DNA of 63,075 nucleotides, filler included, from Basidiobolus ranarum (Eukaryota): NCBI GenBank assembly GCA_040143965.1. It is 12 parts of 12 records of this genome, joined end to end, with 100 filler letters (N's around TTAATTAATTAA, not from the genome) between each part and the next. Parts side by side here need not be neighbours in the genome. Positions count along the whole stretch, not along the records: positions 10,551 to 15,723 come from JASJQH010008560.1; positions 15,824 to 20,994 come from JASJQH010008561.1; positions 21,095 to 26,263 come from JASJQH010008562.1; 9 more parts are not named here. One strand, 5' to 3'. Shown piece by piece: positions 11,629 to 23,491 of this stretch (position 1 is its first letter; each line of letters starts with the position of its first letter). The notes under the pieces were generated by a model. It saw only the letters and a program-made list of their open reading frames with translations, ran no database searches and was not told where the DNA came from. The position numbers and the translations under genes were made by a program.

Positions 11629-14600
11629 TTACTTTCCAGTAGACTTGATGGTTCTCACGGTAGGATACATTTGGAGTCCAACAATATCAGGGTTCCAAGC
11701 AATAGGCTTTCTCCTTCTGGCAATAACTCTACGAGCACAAGAGTATGCAAATAAGATAATACCAAAACCAAAGGAAACGAACCACCACTTCGGACTGAGT
11801 TGATATGAGGTACCAAATACGACATTGAATGGAGGTACGTAGACAACGAGGAGAGCAATAGCTGCTCCAATAATCAAACCAATAAATGACATCTTGTTCC
11901 TGAACATGTATTTACCGAACGGAAGCCGTATACGACATTTGCAAGCAAAAAGGTTGAAACACTGCATAATCATTACTGAAAGATAGTAGATACTTTGAGC
12001 CTGGCGAAGGGCTTCTCTTTGGCGATTGTTGTCTAAGACATCGCCATTGGGAAGAGTCCATGGCCGAGACTCTTTCAAAAAGCATTGAGCCTTTTGCATC
12101 ACGCGTGCCTCGCTGGGAGAGATTCCAAACTCAAACCACAGAACAAGGAAGTATGAGAGTATCGCTCCAGCAAATTCAATCAGGCCTGCTTCGATATACC
12201 CCCAGGATAGAACTCCTTTATCAACTAAAATCTCATCATCAGTTTCCTCAAATATCTCAATCCAGTATTGAGAAGTGAACTTTTGCGAAATACTATGCTT
12301 GAAAAGGGTGAATTTTGAAGGCTTATGCTCGATGCCAGATTCCACGTCCATACGTGATTGAGGGCGCCTTGATATCTGCCTTCTAAGACGAGCAACAGAG
12401 CGTATGGTAACAGGCTTACGTGGAGGCAGTTTCATGAGGCCAGCTTTGGTTTCAGGCAATTCCCACGCATAAGATAATGCAGCAAAAAGTTCAAATCCTA
12501 GATCAATCACCAAAATCAAAATAGCCGATAGAGGAAGAGGAAGTGGAACAATGATATATAGCAGATTAGGAAGAATCTCTGGAGTACTATGAGTGATGGT
12601 ATATTGAATGGATTTCTTTAAATTGGTGAAAATTAGACGGCCCTCTCCAATACCCTTCACAGTAGATGCAAAATTGTCGTCCAACAAGATCATGGCGGCT
12701 GCTTCTTTGGAGACATCGGACCCGGATTGGTTCATAGCAATACCAAGATCTGCCTTTTTGAGAGCGGGTGAATCGTTAACACCATCACCAGTGACACCTA
12801 CAATGTGACCCATGGCTTGGGCATGCTTGACAATCTCCAATTTATGCTTAGGCGAGGTGCGAGCAAAAATTATCTCACTCTTGGAGAATATGATGTCCCA
12901 GTCTTCCTCGTTTAAAGAGTCGATTTGCTCTCCGTGAATGACAATAGCTGCATATTCATGTTCTTGGATTGTGTCAATGGGGCGGCCGGTTCGCTTTGCA
13001 ACCATCTCCTTTGTCTCGGATAGCATGATATTGATTTTTCTACCAATAGCCTCAGCTGTAAGAGGGTGATCCCCTGTAACCATCATAACTTGAATTCCTG
13101 CCGAACGGCAGCTGCCAATTGCTTCACGAACACCATGCTTGGGAGGATCTTCCAAAGAAGATAGCCCCACAAAACAAAGGTCGGAGGTAGGATAATTTTT
13201 CTTCTCCTTACTAAATTCGATTCCGAGAGGATACTTATCTCTGGGTAGAAGAAGTTGAGCGAAAGCAAGTACACGATGCCCTTTACCTGCCATATATTCG
13301 TATGTTTGATCATACATGCACTTGTGCTCCTCTGTTAGAGGGATAGCCTTATCATTCACTAAAATAGTACTACACAAACGAAGAATACGCTCTGGAGCAC
13401 CCTTGATGTATAAAGTAAGGTCACCATCGGCATGAGCTTTTTCGTGAATAGTCAAGGCCCATTTGTTGTCTGAGTTGAAAGGGATTTCGAAGACCTTTGG
13501 ATATTTGTTACTGATATTATCGAACTCTGGAAGATTCCTCGCAGCAAATCTGACAAGTCCCGATTCGGTGGCATCTCCCAAAATTTGACGTTCATCAATT
13601 GGAATATCAACACGATCGAATTTGGCTCTAGTATTCAGTGCCGCATTATGCATAACCTCGTCAACACCCGGTGCATCAGCAGTCAGCGGTAACTCAGGAT
13701 TACCACTGGAAGGAAATGCTGTATACATAACCATGCCACTCCAAATATTAGTAACGGTCATTTGATTTCTAGTAAGTGTTCCAGTTTTATCGGTGGCCAG
13801 AAGAGTAATAGCACCCAACGTTTCTACACCTTTCAAATCCTTCACTAGAACATTGGCCGCAGCCATTCTTTTGGCAGCAATAGTCAATAGCATTGTCACA
13901 GTAGCAGGAAGACCTTCGGGTACGAACGCGACGAACACACCAATAGCAAAATTGAGTGTGAACGAAATGTTTTTATATAATACTTGACCAACAATGAAGA
14001 AAATGATAGCAGTAATAGCAGCTACAGCGGCAATAGTTTTGACAAAACTATCAATTTCCAGAGAAAGAGGACTCTTACGTTTCTTTTCCCCCTGAGTTAG
14101 TCCAGCGATTTGACCCAGTACTGTATTATCACCGGTACGAATTACAATACCATACCCTTCTCCGGCAACCACTAGTGTTCCGTTGAAGGCAAGATTGGTG
14201 GCTTCTAAGGGACTACGCTGATCGTTGAAAGCGATACGAGCTTGAGGCGCGGATTCGCCTGTGAGAGAAGAGTTATCCACCTTCATGTCTGAAGAATGGA
14301 ATATCAACAGGTCGGCAGGAATTTTATCGCCCATCCGTGAAAATACAACATCTCCAGGAATAAGATCAGCAGCGGACATTTGACTAAGTCTACCCTCACG
14401 AATGGCAAAGCATTTAGCAGGAATCATGTTTAAGAAGGATGCCAAGATAGCAGCACTTTTGATCATTTGAAAGAATTCAATAAAAGCATTAAGAAGAGCA
14501 ACTACGATGAGAATCGCTCCAAGATAGATATTGGCTTGATTCTCTACAGGATCGATGGCCAAAAGAACGTATTGGAGAATACCAGCGAGAATTAAGAGAA

Positions 14601-15012
14601 GATTGAAGAGACCACCAACGCATTCAAGGTATAAAAGAATAGGATGCTTGGTTTTTGGAGGAGTGAGAACGTTTTGACCATACTGAGCTATGCCTTGAGT
14701 AGCTTGAGTTTGTGATAGACCAGTACTTTCTGCAGGTTTTACCGTATTCACAAAGGTATTATATTTCAGAGAAACCTCATCGATTGACATTAAATGCTCA
14801 GTGATATCAACATTCTTACTCTTGGATGTTTCTTTACCAACCCTGGAGGTGGGCAGTTCGGATTTTTCATAGACGGTAGTTGAGATATTGTTTGAGTCAT
14901 GTGAACGAGATGGCTTCTCTGAACATTGGAAAGCGACTTTACTGTGATGAGTTGCCGTGGACATTGGGTCATCCTCAATGGGGACTATATTGTTGTCCCT
15001 ATCAGACGACAT
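11629..15012 (-). CDS. P-type ATPase, P2C (Na+/K+ or H+/K+ ATPase alpha-like), intronless, about 1127 aa
   Basis: Motifs VDNSSLTGES, VPEGL, DKTGTLT, FEIPFNSDNKW, KGAPERIL, MVTGDHPLTA, FARTSP, TGDGVNDSPALKKADLG and IDLG. The ATG at 15012 is in a GCCATG context; the ORF track's upstream start at 15123 is a TTG. Confidence 0.93.
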   Translation of the reverse strand: MSSDRDNNIVPIEDDPMSTATHHSKVAFQCSEKPSRSHDSNNISTTVYEKSELPTSRVGKETSKSKNVDITEHLMSIDEVSLKYNTFVNTVKPAESTGLSQTQATQGIAQYGQNVLTPPKTKHPILLYLECVGGLFNLLLILAGILQYVLLAIDPVENQANIYLGAILIVVALLNAFIEFFQMIKSAAILASFLNMIPAKCFAIREGRLSQMSAADLIPGDVVFSRMGDKIPADLLIFHSSDMKVDNSSLTGESAPQARIAFNDQRSPLEATNLAFNGTLVVAGEGYGIVIRTGDNTVLGQIAGLTQGEKKRKSPLSLEIDSFVKTIAAVAAITAIIFFIVGQVLYKNISFTLNFAIGVFVAFVPEGLPATVTMLLTIAAKRMAAANVLVKDLKGVETLGAITLLATDKTGTLTRNQMTVTNIWSGMVMYTAFPSSGNPELPLTADAPGVDEVMHNAALNTRAKFDRVDIPIDERQILGDATESGLVRFAARNLPEFDNISNKYPKVFEIPFNSDNKWALTIHEKAHADGDLTLYIKGAPERILRLCSTILVNDKAIPLTEEHKCMYDQTYEYMAGKGHRVLAFAQLLLPRDKYPLGIEFSKEKKNYPTSDLCFVGLSSLEDPPKHGVREAIGSCRSAGIQVMMVTGDHPLTAEAIGRKINIMLSETKEMVAKRTGRPIDTIQEHEYAAIVIHGEQIDSLNEEDWDIIFSKSEIIFARTSPKHKLEIVKHAQAMGHIVGVTGDGVNDSPALKKADLGIAMNQSGSDVSKEAAAMILLDDNFASTVKGIGEGRLIFTNLKKSIQYTITHSTPEILPNLLYIIVPLPLPLSAILILVIDLGFELFAALSYAWELPETKAGLMKLPPRKPVTIRSVARLRRQISRRPQSRMDVESGIEHKPSKFTLFKHSISQKFTSQYWIEIFEETDDEILVDKGVLSWGYIEAGLIEFAGAILSYFLVLWFEFGISPSEARVMQKAQCFLKESRPWTLPNGDVLDNNRQREALRQAQSIYYLSVMIMQCFNLFACKCRIRLPFGKYMFRNKMSFIGLIIGAAIALLVVYVPPFNVVFGTSYQLSPKWWFVSFGFGIILFAYSCARRVIARRRKPIAWNPDIVGLQMYPTVRTIKSTGK

Positions 15013-15823
15013 GGCGGGGTAAGTTGGGTGATTTACGAGAAAGTACAATAGATTTGAAGGGCTCAACCAAATTGGTAAGGTTTGATTGACCGTTAAAATG
15101 AAAGACTCTAAGAAGATTATCAAATATAGAATGTAGGCCGAATTCGTGAATAAATACAGTGATTTGAGAGAGGCTTTATATAGGCAAGATGGCTGGAAAG
15201 ATTAATTGGACCAAGAGATTTTCTTTATGCCTATTCTAAGGTGCTGATGCTCTGATGGATGTCTGGAGTGCATATATATAGCGGACTCTTCAGTCCACTG
15301 ACTGAAGTTCTATCAAATAAGGACGCGGTCCTCAAGGGTGTTGACCAGTCTAACAAATCATGTCTTTGCGTTAGAATAGTTGCTAAACGACCAAATATAG
15401 AAATCGCATCAATATTGCATAGCATATTGACTTTGCCAAACATGTATTTACCTTGGCATCAAAAACACGAAATTCGAGAAAGAACCTGATTACCAACAAT
15501 ACCCTAAACAAGATTGGAATCTGACCAACCTATTGCAGCATTGACATCCTATGTGGCATTGAGTTTCTTTCTAGTCTGAAGTTCCTCAGGCCGAGAATTG
15601 CGGCATGGATTACTATAAGCCTTGATGATCTATCTAACTAGCTCCGAATCCGCAGGTGGAGAAATTCTAACAGAAGGTGTATTTTAGGGACCATTAAGCA
15701 TTGGGTTGTTTTGGACTAAAAAANNNNNNNNNNNNNNNNNNNNNNNNNNNNNNNNNNNNNNNNNNNNTTAATTAATTAANNNNNNNNNNNNNNNNNNNNN
15801 NNNNNNNNNNNNNNNNNNNNNNN

Positions 15824-16867
15824 GTTGCAGCCCATCCGATGTCCAATACCACGGAGCTTCTCAGGTCACCTCTACTGCGGGAACCTGAACCGTTCTCGAA
15901 CAATTTTTGCTCCTCTACTTCCACCTCTTGGGGTCTATAAAATGGTAACGCACGCTCCAAAGTCATCTCTAGACTTTCTTTACCCAAGTTATGCATTCTA
16001 GGAGTGAACCTATCATTCAGTAGTTCAGGGTTCACTTTTTCGGATATGGTTGGATCACATTCATTCTTAGGATTTCTATCCCCACGTCTCCACCAAGAAG
16101 AAAAGGATTTTCTTTCTGGGGATAGCATAGCCTCTTCAGTGTCATTAAAGGGGTTTGATTCATCCCTTCCTCTGGCACGTTCGCGTGGTTGATTGAATCT
16201 ATAGATAAAAAAGCCCACCAATACTAGTAGAATCACCAAACCTATGATAGATGTAATCACCATCGGCCTGGAAAAACTTCCAATCGAGCCAAAATTCCAC
16301 AGATTCCCATTCATCTCAGCTTCGTTAGAAGGGAAGCACATGGATTGCCTTTCACATTTTTCACCTCGAATGGATGCACCTAGAATAGGATCGTATGGGA
16401 TCTTATCATTGGGAATGAATGCGGTAAATTTGGTAGAGAACAACTCTTGTCCTAATTGTACGCACACATAGTGATTTCCGGATTGTCTCAATACACAACT
16501 GGAGGGAATCTCTCGCAGTATACTTCCAGTTTGAAAATCTATACTTGTTTGATATTCCCTATTGTAACGAGTTATATCTGACTGATATGCTTGAATGGAA
16601 ATATGGTATGTAGACGGCTCGTTCGTAGATTTGGTAATCACATTGTAACAGCAGGCTATGAAGAAGTGTCGTTTGTTCCATATCATTGCGGATAAAGGTA
16701 CAAGTTAGTACAATCATAGAAGAGGTAATTATCAAGTAGTGAAATTTCAAGACGGTTTGGGTCTGAGAGGACTTACATGACTCTACCACTTCGGAAATAT
16801 GGACTAGAATTACCCACAGAAAATAGGAGCCTCGAAAGACCCGTCGAGCGAATTGAGAAGAGAGCAT
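15824..16867 (-). CDS. Hypothetical single-pass membrane protein (Cys-containing ectodomain, TM helix, cytoplasmic tail); 3' end cut by contig edge
   Basis: Open frame 15824-16686 with the hydrophobic segment VITSIIGLVILLVLVGFFIY followed by basic residues. The 5' exon starting at ATG 16867 is inferred. Confidence 0.55.
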
Positions 16868-17816
16868 GTGAGTTTGTTGAATTGAATGTGTGATGGTGTT
16901 AGTAATTAAGGAAGCTCTAGGGTTTCCTGCTCAACGACCAGAAAAAAATAAATACTAGTGGTTTCTCTAAGGATTTAAAAATGGGCGTTTCTTAAGTCGA
17001 TCTCTCTCTACTGAACCGCAGAGTTTAGTAAAAGAAATACTGAATAATGCAAATTTTGAAGCGTCTGAGTGAATGGAGATGAGTAAAATAACTACGTGTA
17101 CTGACAGGGGTTTTCGAGTTAAGAAGAAAAGAATGCAACGGGGAGGCCCACTTGAATATATAGTTTGTAGTTGAATTCCAGATGTATAAGATGAGCATGT
17201 GGAAATATATGCCAGTATCATTTCTGGATTCGGTAAATTCTACAGATACTGAACGTGTGGAGAGTACTGCTCCGAATAGCGATGAGCTGCTGTGGCAATG
17301 GAGGAGATTTACAGTAATGAGGAATTAATCATTCCGTACTTTAATAAGGCTCATCATCTTCTCCCCTCTAGCTGCTGCTAGTATTAATTAAACAGCCGCA
17401 TCTAACATTATGAATGGGAATCATATCATCGTCTACTTCGTCCACACGCACTTCCATTCTCCGATGATTCCGACGGACGATTTCGGAAATCCTCGATATG
17501 TTCAACTTGGAGGTGAATGAGTAAACTAGCGATGCCATAACTTTGCATGTAATGTATGTAAATCACAGGTCATGTCGTTCACATTCAATAGAAAATCTCC
17601 CGTTTCGGAGAATTAGTTTTTTGTGGATTCTAAAATCATGACATGCCGACCAATTTTGATATCGTAAAATAATTTATTACACATGAATTCACAGGCTGGA
17701 ACCATTACAATCATCCCATCGTATGTTATAATCACACCATGGAAGATTATTCATTTTACTCGAGTTAATCTACAATGGTGCAGCATGGAGCATGACAAGT
17801 AAAGATGCAATCATGC

Positions 17817-20192
17817 TTAAATATTTCCATACACTGCTTCCCCATTAACTACCGTGGCAATGATTTTGGTGTTTGGAATATGCTTCGGCTTAATCTTCAT
17901 GATATCTTTAGCAAACACCACAAAGTCTGCTCTTTTTCTGGGCGTGATGCTCCCAATTTCATTTTCAGAAAACGAAGCGTAAGCTGCATCGATAGTAAAT
18001 CCTCTCAGGGCTTGTTCGCGAGTTAACTTCTGGTTAGGGAACCATCCGTGTGGTCCTTGTGGCTATTGATGAACAACAAAAGTGATAAGCTAAGCGGAAG
18101 TATTGGGAAAGCGTAGATAGTACTTACTGAGGTACCATCCAAGTCGTTGCGAGTTATCGCTGCATAAAAGTCTAGTAGAAAACCAGGGGGCTCAACAGGA
18201 AAATCTGAGCCAAGTGGCAGTACTGGCACACTGATTCAATATTAGTATGATTCCGCATAAACAGTGTACCATAATCTTATCAACCTAACGTTAAGGAAGG
18301 ATTGCCAGGCATAGGCGCCCAAGATCCTTTTAGAACCTAATCTCTTCTCGGCAAAGGCCATATCGCTTGTGGCTATATGTAAACGTATTAACAAGCTGAG
18401 TATTGTAGATAAGTAAAACGTTGAATCCTCTATACCATGTCTCGGCTGCACAGAGGGGATAATTCCTAACTCCCCAACACGCTTGATGTCTTCCTCTGTC
18501 TATATTGAAAATACTTAGTAGACTCCTCTTACAGGTTTACTCATAATCTTTTGCTTTACCAGGATCTGCGCGTGCTCGATGCGTAGCCGGAATTTATCGT
18601 TCCACCTGTTTCCAGCGGTTTCATTTAAATTCCAACGCTTACCCAAAGCTAACTCATAGGCATCAAGGACTAATTTGTTTCCCAAATCTCCAATCGCGTG
18701 AGTTGCCACTTGGAATCCCTTCTCCATCCATTGGTCTACAGTCTTAGCGAGGATTGTAACATCCGATCGGAGGATGCCGCGTGTACTTGGGTTATCTGTC
18801 AGTAGTAAAGGGTAAGTTTACGAAATCTGTGCAGTAGTATAGGATGTATACATGCCTGAATAAGGCCTAATTAAAGCCGCACCCCAACTGCCTAGGGCAC
18901 CATCAATGAGAATCTTAACGCTGCGGACTTTTAATTTTCCATCCACCTCGAATGCATCAATTTGATCCCCACAGTAACTATTTTCAGGGCAGTAAACCAT
19001 TACGTTACTACGAAGTGACCAATCACCAGTCTCTGCAACTCTAATTCCACAATTTAAATGTGTTAGCCCTGTAGTCCGTAGAACATTGTTAGCAATCTGG
19101 AAAACACTGTCGCACCTTCTAAAGAACCGAATTGTCTCAGGGTCAACTCCAGCATCATGAACTCCAGTAAAGCCCACCGAATGTAAGAACGCAGTGGCAT
19201 CTTTAACAGCTTTCAAGTTTTGACCTTCAGTATATGGTGGTTGACTGTTTTCTGCAAACATGAACCAAATCTTCAGTACACTTGTATTTAGTAAGAAAAC
19301 GGGTTAACATAGCACTTACGGACTAAAAATTGAGCATTATCAATGAATACCCCTATCCCTGGAGTTTTAACTATCTCACCCCCCGGTACAGGTGCATTTT
19401 CATCGAAGCCATTCTTTTTCATGATATCTAGCACTGCACCATTGACCCAAAGAGCGTGACTGTCTACGCGTGTGAGAGAGATTGGTATTTTTGCAAGCAC
19501 TGGGTCTTGATCTAAGTCCTTTGCAGTGGGAAATTGACCACCAGGCCAATTGTTCTGGTTCCAGCTATAACCGAGCAGCCAAGGCCCCTCAGGACCGAAC
19601 TGTAAAGGAGAATTGGAAATATATTCCTTGAGTAGCTGACGAACATCTGTGACAAAATAGATAAGCAAATAGTTCATTATCTCAACTTCATAGTACTCAT
19701 CATTCCATACCATCAATGCTCTTGGCAGAGTTAAGATTCACTTCGTTGAGTGTGCGCCCAAACTGGATGAAGTGCTATGCGTAAAAATGGGTAAGAAAGA
19801 GTTGCAACAGGCCTGCTCAGCATTCAATCAGATATCTCATTATACTTACCCCATGTGAGTCCACAAGACCAGGGACAACGGTTTTCTTTTTCAAGTTTAC
19901 AAATTGGTTTCCACGCTTCCTCCATCTTCTCAAGATATCGTGATTGCTACCTACGTCCAAAAACCATCCATCTCTCACCACAAAAGCTTGGGCATTTGGA
20001 AGCTTCGTATCAGCAGTATAGATGTTTCCATGATGATATACAGTGACGCTCTTCTGACTCCTGCAAGTACTAGATATCAATATGATTCTTCAACGCGTAT
20101 AATAAATAAAATGATTACAAAATATACTGCTCAGCGCTCACGCCAGCAACTAGAAAAGAAATTAATCCTGCACTGAAGGCAATCCACTTCAT
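17817..20192 (-). CDS. Secreted amidohydrolase-3 family (YtcJ-like) metal-dependent hydrolase, multi-exon
   Basis: Signal-peptide-like MKWIAFSAGLISFLVAGVSA splices into SQKSVTVYHHGNIYT. Motifs PGLVDSHGH, RVDSHALWVN, SVKILIDGALGS, HAIGD, RIEHAQ, GSDFPVE and KADFVV. TAA at 17817-17819. Confidence 0.9.
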
Positions 20193-21094
20193 ATCAGACC
20201 TTTGGACGCTCTTTGTAGCAGCTTGTTGAGCTTATAAGGAAAGCGGGTACCAAAGTAGTTACTCGATGATTCGTCATGCGTGACTACTAACGTGCATACT
20301 AGATATATTATTCGCACGATGACGCTTCAAATACCAAATTTGCCATTCACCAGTTTTGTGTGCACAAAATTTCTCCACCCATATCCGTTGAGCAACTAAA
20401 GCAAGTGTATTCAAAAGTTGGATCCATAACCTTAAATGTGTGATTCATTCCCATTACTAAAAATGTAAACGTGGTCAGGATTTAAACACTAATTCTTAAT
20501 AGAAATTATCACACTGTATCATTTGCGATAAATGATTTGATTTGAATGATCAAGATATTCTACTTACGCCATTGAAAATCTAAATGACAATATTATATGA
20601 TCTTTCAGGATTGTGAATGTGGTCTATTGTATCAGCAAATGTCTCACTTGTGATCATAGCTATGTCATCTTGAGTATACATGCAAGCAAAAAGCTATTCA
20701 GCAGAAATAGCCTAGGTGTACTTAACCCGTGAGAAAGTAAAAACTAGACTTGGAAGAGCTGAAGTGTATCTATCTGCCAGAGCATCGTTGAATGAATAGT
20801 CACATTAAGTTGAGGACGCTCCGGCTACTGTGCACCTAATTTCGGAATTAGTAACCTTCACCAAGGGTTAGGGTTAAGGGTTAAGGGGGGGATGAAAAGC
20901 ACCAGATGGTGTGGACTTTATTTAGCTTAAATACTAATCTAAACAAAGTGACAATCAAGACATCAATCTTTTAAGATATTGTGACAATACTGGANNNNNN
21001 NNNNNNNNNNNNNNNNNNNNNNNNNNNNNNNNNNNNNNTTAATTAATTAANNNNNNNNNNNNNNNNNNNNNNNNNNNNNNNNNNNNNNNNNNNN

Positions 21095-21830
21095 CGGGAT
21101 CCATTAATGAACAAGGACCCTTGTTTGGCGTGCATTGTTGTTGGCATGTCCCAGACACACATGTTTTGCCATCACAGCAACCGGCGTTAGAGGGCCCACC
21201 ACAGGAACCACCGAGTGGAGCGCACGGCACTTGGCATGTACCAGACACACATGTGTTGCCGCCACAGCAACCGACGTTGGAGGAGCCGCCACAGGAGCCA
21301 CCCAGAGGAGAGCATGACGGTTGACATTTGCCAGATACACACGAGTTGCCATTGCAGCACTGGTGTTTGGAGCTACAGGACTGACCACGAAGAGAGCATG
21401 CCAGTTGGCATTTGCCAGACACACACGAGTTGCCATCACAGCACTTGCGTTTGGAGCTACAAGACTGACCAAGAAGAGAGCATGCCAGTTGGCATTTGCT
21501 TGACACACACGAGTTGCCGTCACAGCACTTGCGTTTGGAGCTACAAGAACAGCCGAGTTTAGAGCACACCGGCTGGCATTTACCAGACACACATGAGTTG
21601 CCGTCACAGCACTTGTGTTTGGAGCTACAAGAGCGACCAAGTGCAGAGCATGCCGGTTGGCATTTACTAGCCACACAAATTATGTCTTTGGAGCAGAGTT
21701 TAAGTGTGCCCTTGAGATAACACACGCCTTTGATATTCAAGCATGGCACTGAGGTAGAGGTTGAAGCTTCCAAAGCGCTGACAGCCCAAACACATACTGC
21801 CACTATTACCACAAGTAGATGGACCTTCAT
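21095..21830 (-). CDS. Secreted cysteine-rich protein of tandem 6-Cys (inhibitor cystine knot-like) modules; 3' end cut by contig edge
   Basis: Signal peptide MKVHLLVVIVAVCVWAVSA; four 28-aa (84-bp) units C-x6-C-x5-CC-x4-C-x4-C; two 30-aa units C-x6-C-x7-CC-x4-C-x4-C; one divergent first unit and one partial last unit. Confidence 0.85.
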
Positions 21831-22580
21831 ACCGTCGACTTGATTTGTGTTACTATAATGATTAGAACAGTTAGGAATGGTCATCAAGAGCGAGCAATGG
21901 CTGATGTTAAATACCTTATTGACAGGGGAAGAGGAACAACAAAGTATTAGATGATGAAAATGAGGAAGACTTTGTCTACAATTGGATGAGGAGGATTGGT
22001 GGTATATTGAGGGGTTTTTATGGAGTTGCGGGAGTGAAATGTGCAACCCTTTTGCTAGCAGTAATCGGCAGATATCATGTCCTCAGTACTATTACAATCC
22101 TGAAGCAAATGAACACCTGGTGATAGGAATTTAACTAAAAGTAATAAACCCATGTCTACTAATTTAGGTTAGTGTACTTAACTGCGAGAGAAATTGAATG
22201 CTCACGTGTTTGATGGTAGTGTGACTTGTGCTACGTTTACTCAAGTATATTACTGGACAGGAATGAAATCAAGTAGTGACTAGCTTCATTGGGTATATGG
22301 ATATATATGGTTTACATTGTGGGATCGTATCAATGTACATACAGCTTCGGTTATGTGAGTGATTGATATATATACTCAAGGTAAATTTGATTATACTTTT
22401 GTGATTACATAAATAAACATCTCCTTAACCTTGTAAGACTGTATCGACTTGTTGTTCTTTTGAAATATGCTTAGTGTTCAACTTGAATATACCGGTAACG
22501 TATCGATGTTACTGTGACTTGTAAAACTGTTGTGCAGTGTAAAATCCCCGATTTGGGTTACCACAACAGGCAAATATTGA

Positions 22581-23115
22581 GTCTATTCTTACTTCCCTAG
22601 CTGTCTATTCTTACTTCCCTAGCTGTGTATTCTTTCTTATTTACCTAGCTGTAATAGAATATCCTCTCCACTACTTCTAACTCTCTTGGCCTATAGTTGT
22701 GGAGCAATTTAAGGAGATTAAATATCCACCTTAGTGCTACGAATAAGAACAAATGCAAGGCGTATTGAGATTGTTTCAAGAAGCATTCTAGAATAGTTAA
22801 AATCAGTAATTTGACTCACCTTGGAACAAATCCCAATCTCTATCTGCTAATTAGAATCTCGTTGTGTTACTGGTGCAAATCTGCTAATTATAATCTCGTT
22901 GTGTAACTGGTGTAATAAGGGTAACAGGCGTAATAAGGCGAACTCAAACCAATATCTCGGCTGTATGATGAAGGAATTGGATTTGTCTTAGCTGTATTCC
23001 TTATTTTTTCAATACAATATTGTACAGTCTTTAACATAGTAAAGAGCACTTTTGCACAGTCTTTAACATAGTAAAGAGCACTTTTGCACAGTCTTTAACA
23101 TAGTAAAGAGCACTT
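22581..23115. repeat. Cluster of short tandem duplications: 22 bp x2-3 (22581), 37 bp x2 (22842), 32 bp x3 (23024)
   Basis: Units read directly: gtctattcttacttccctagct; atctgctaatta(g/t)aatctcgttgtgt(t/a)actggtg; acagtctttaacatagtaaagagcacttttgc. Confidence 0.9.
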
Positions 23116-23491
23116 CAAGGTATATTGTAATTGCGCCTATTGAAATTGTGCTCAGTATTAATTAGTATTAAGTATTGTAGTTACTGGTGAGCATTATTGA
23201 ATTGCGCAATCTTACTACATATGAACAAGCGCCACTCTATCTGGCAACATCAACTAGCTACATGCACTCTATCTGACATTCTGATTGTTTTGGTGTAACA
23301 TAAGCGTTTGATGAAAAATTACTTTAACCACAGCAATCTATATGCATTATATTTTTACCATCAGTCTATTTTGAAGTCATGGGCTGTTGGACTACTTTTT
23401 GCAATCTCTGCAGAGGAACCTCTAGCATCTCTGACATTGAAGATACTGAATTTGCTAGACATTGAGTTCCATGAAAGTATCTACATCTTGA

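Noticed and set aside
15013..15123. 37-aa N-terminal extension of the ATPase (likewise ORF-track extensions at 22046, 32747 and 56132)
   Set aside because: These begin at non-ATG codons; the downstream ATGs have good context or give proper signal peptides or conserved N-termini.
21104..21720. Overlapping repetitive ORFs in other frames and on the other strand of the Cys-rich gene
   Set aside because: They are shadows of the GC-rich 84/90-bp repeat; only the Cys frame has a signal peptide and a conserved pattern.
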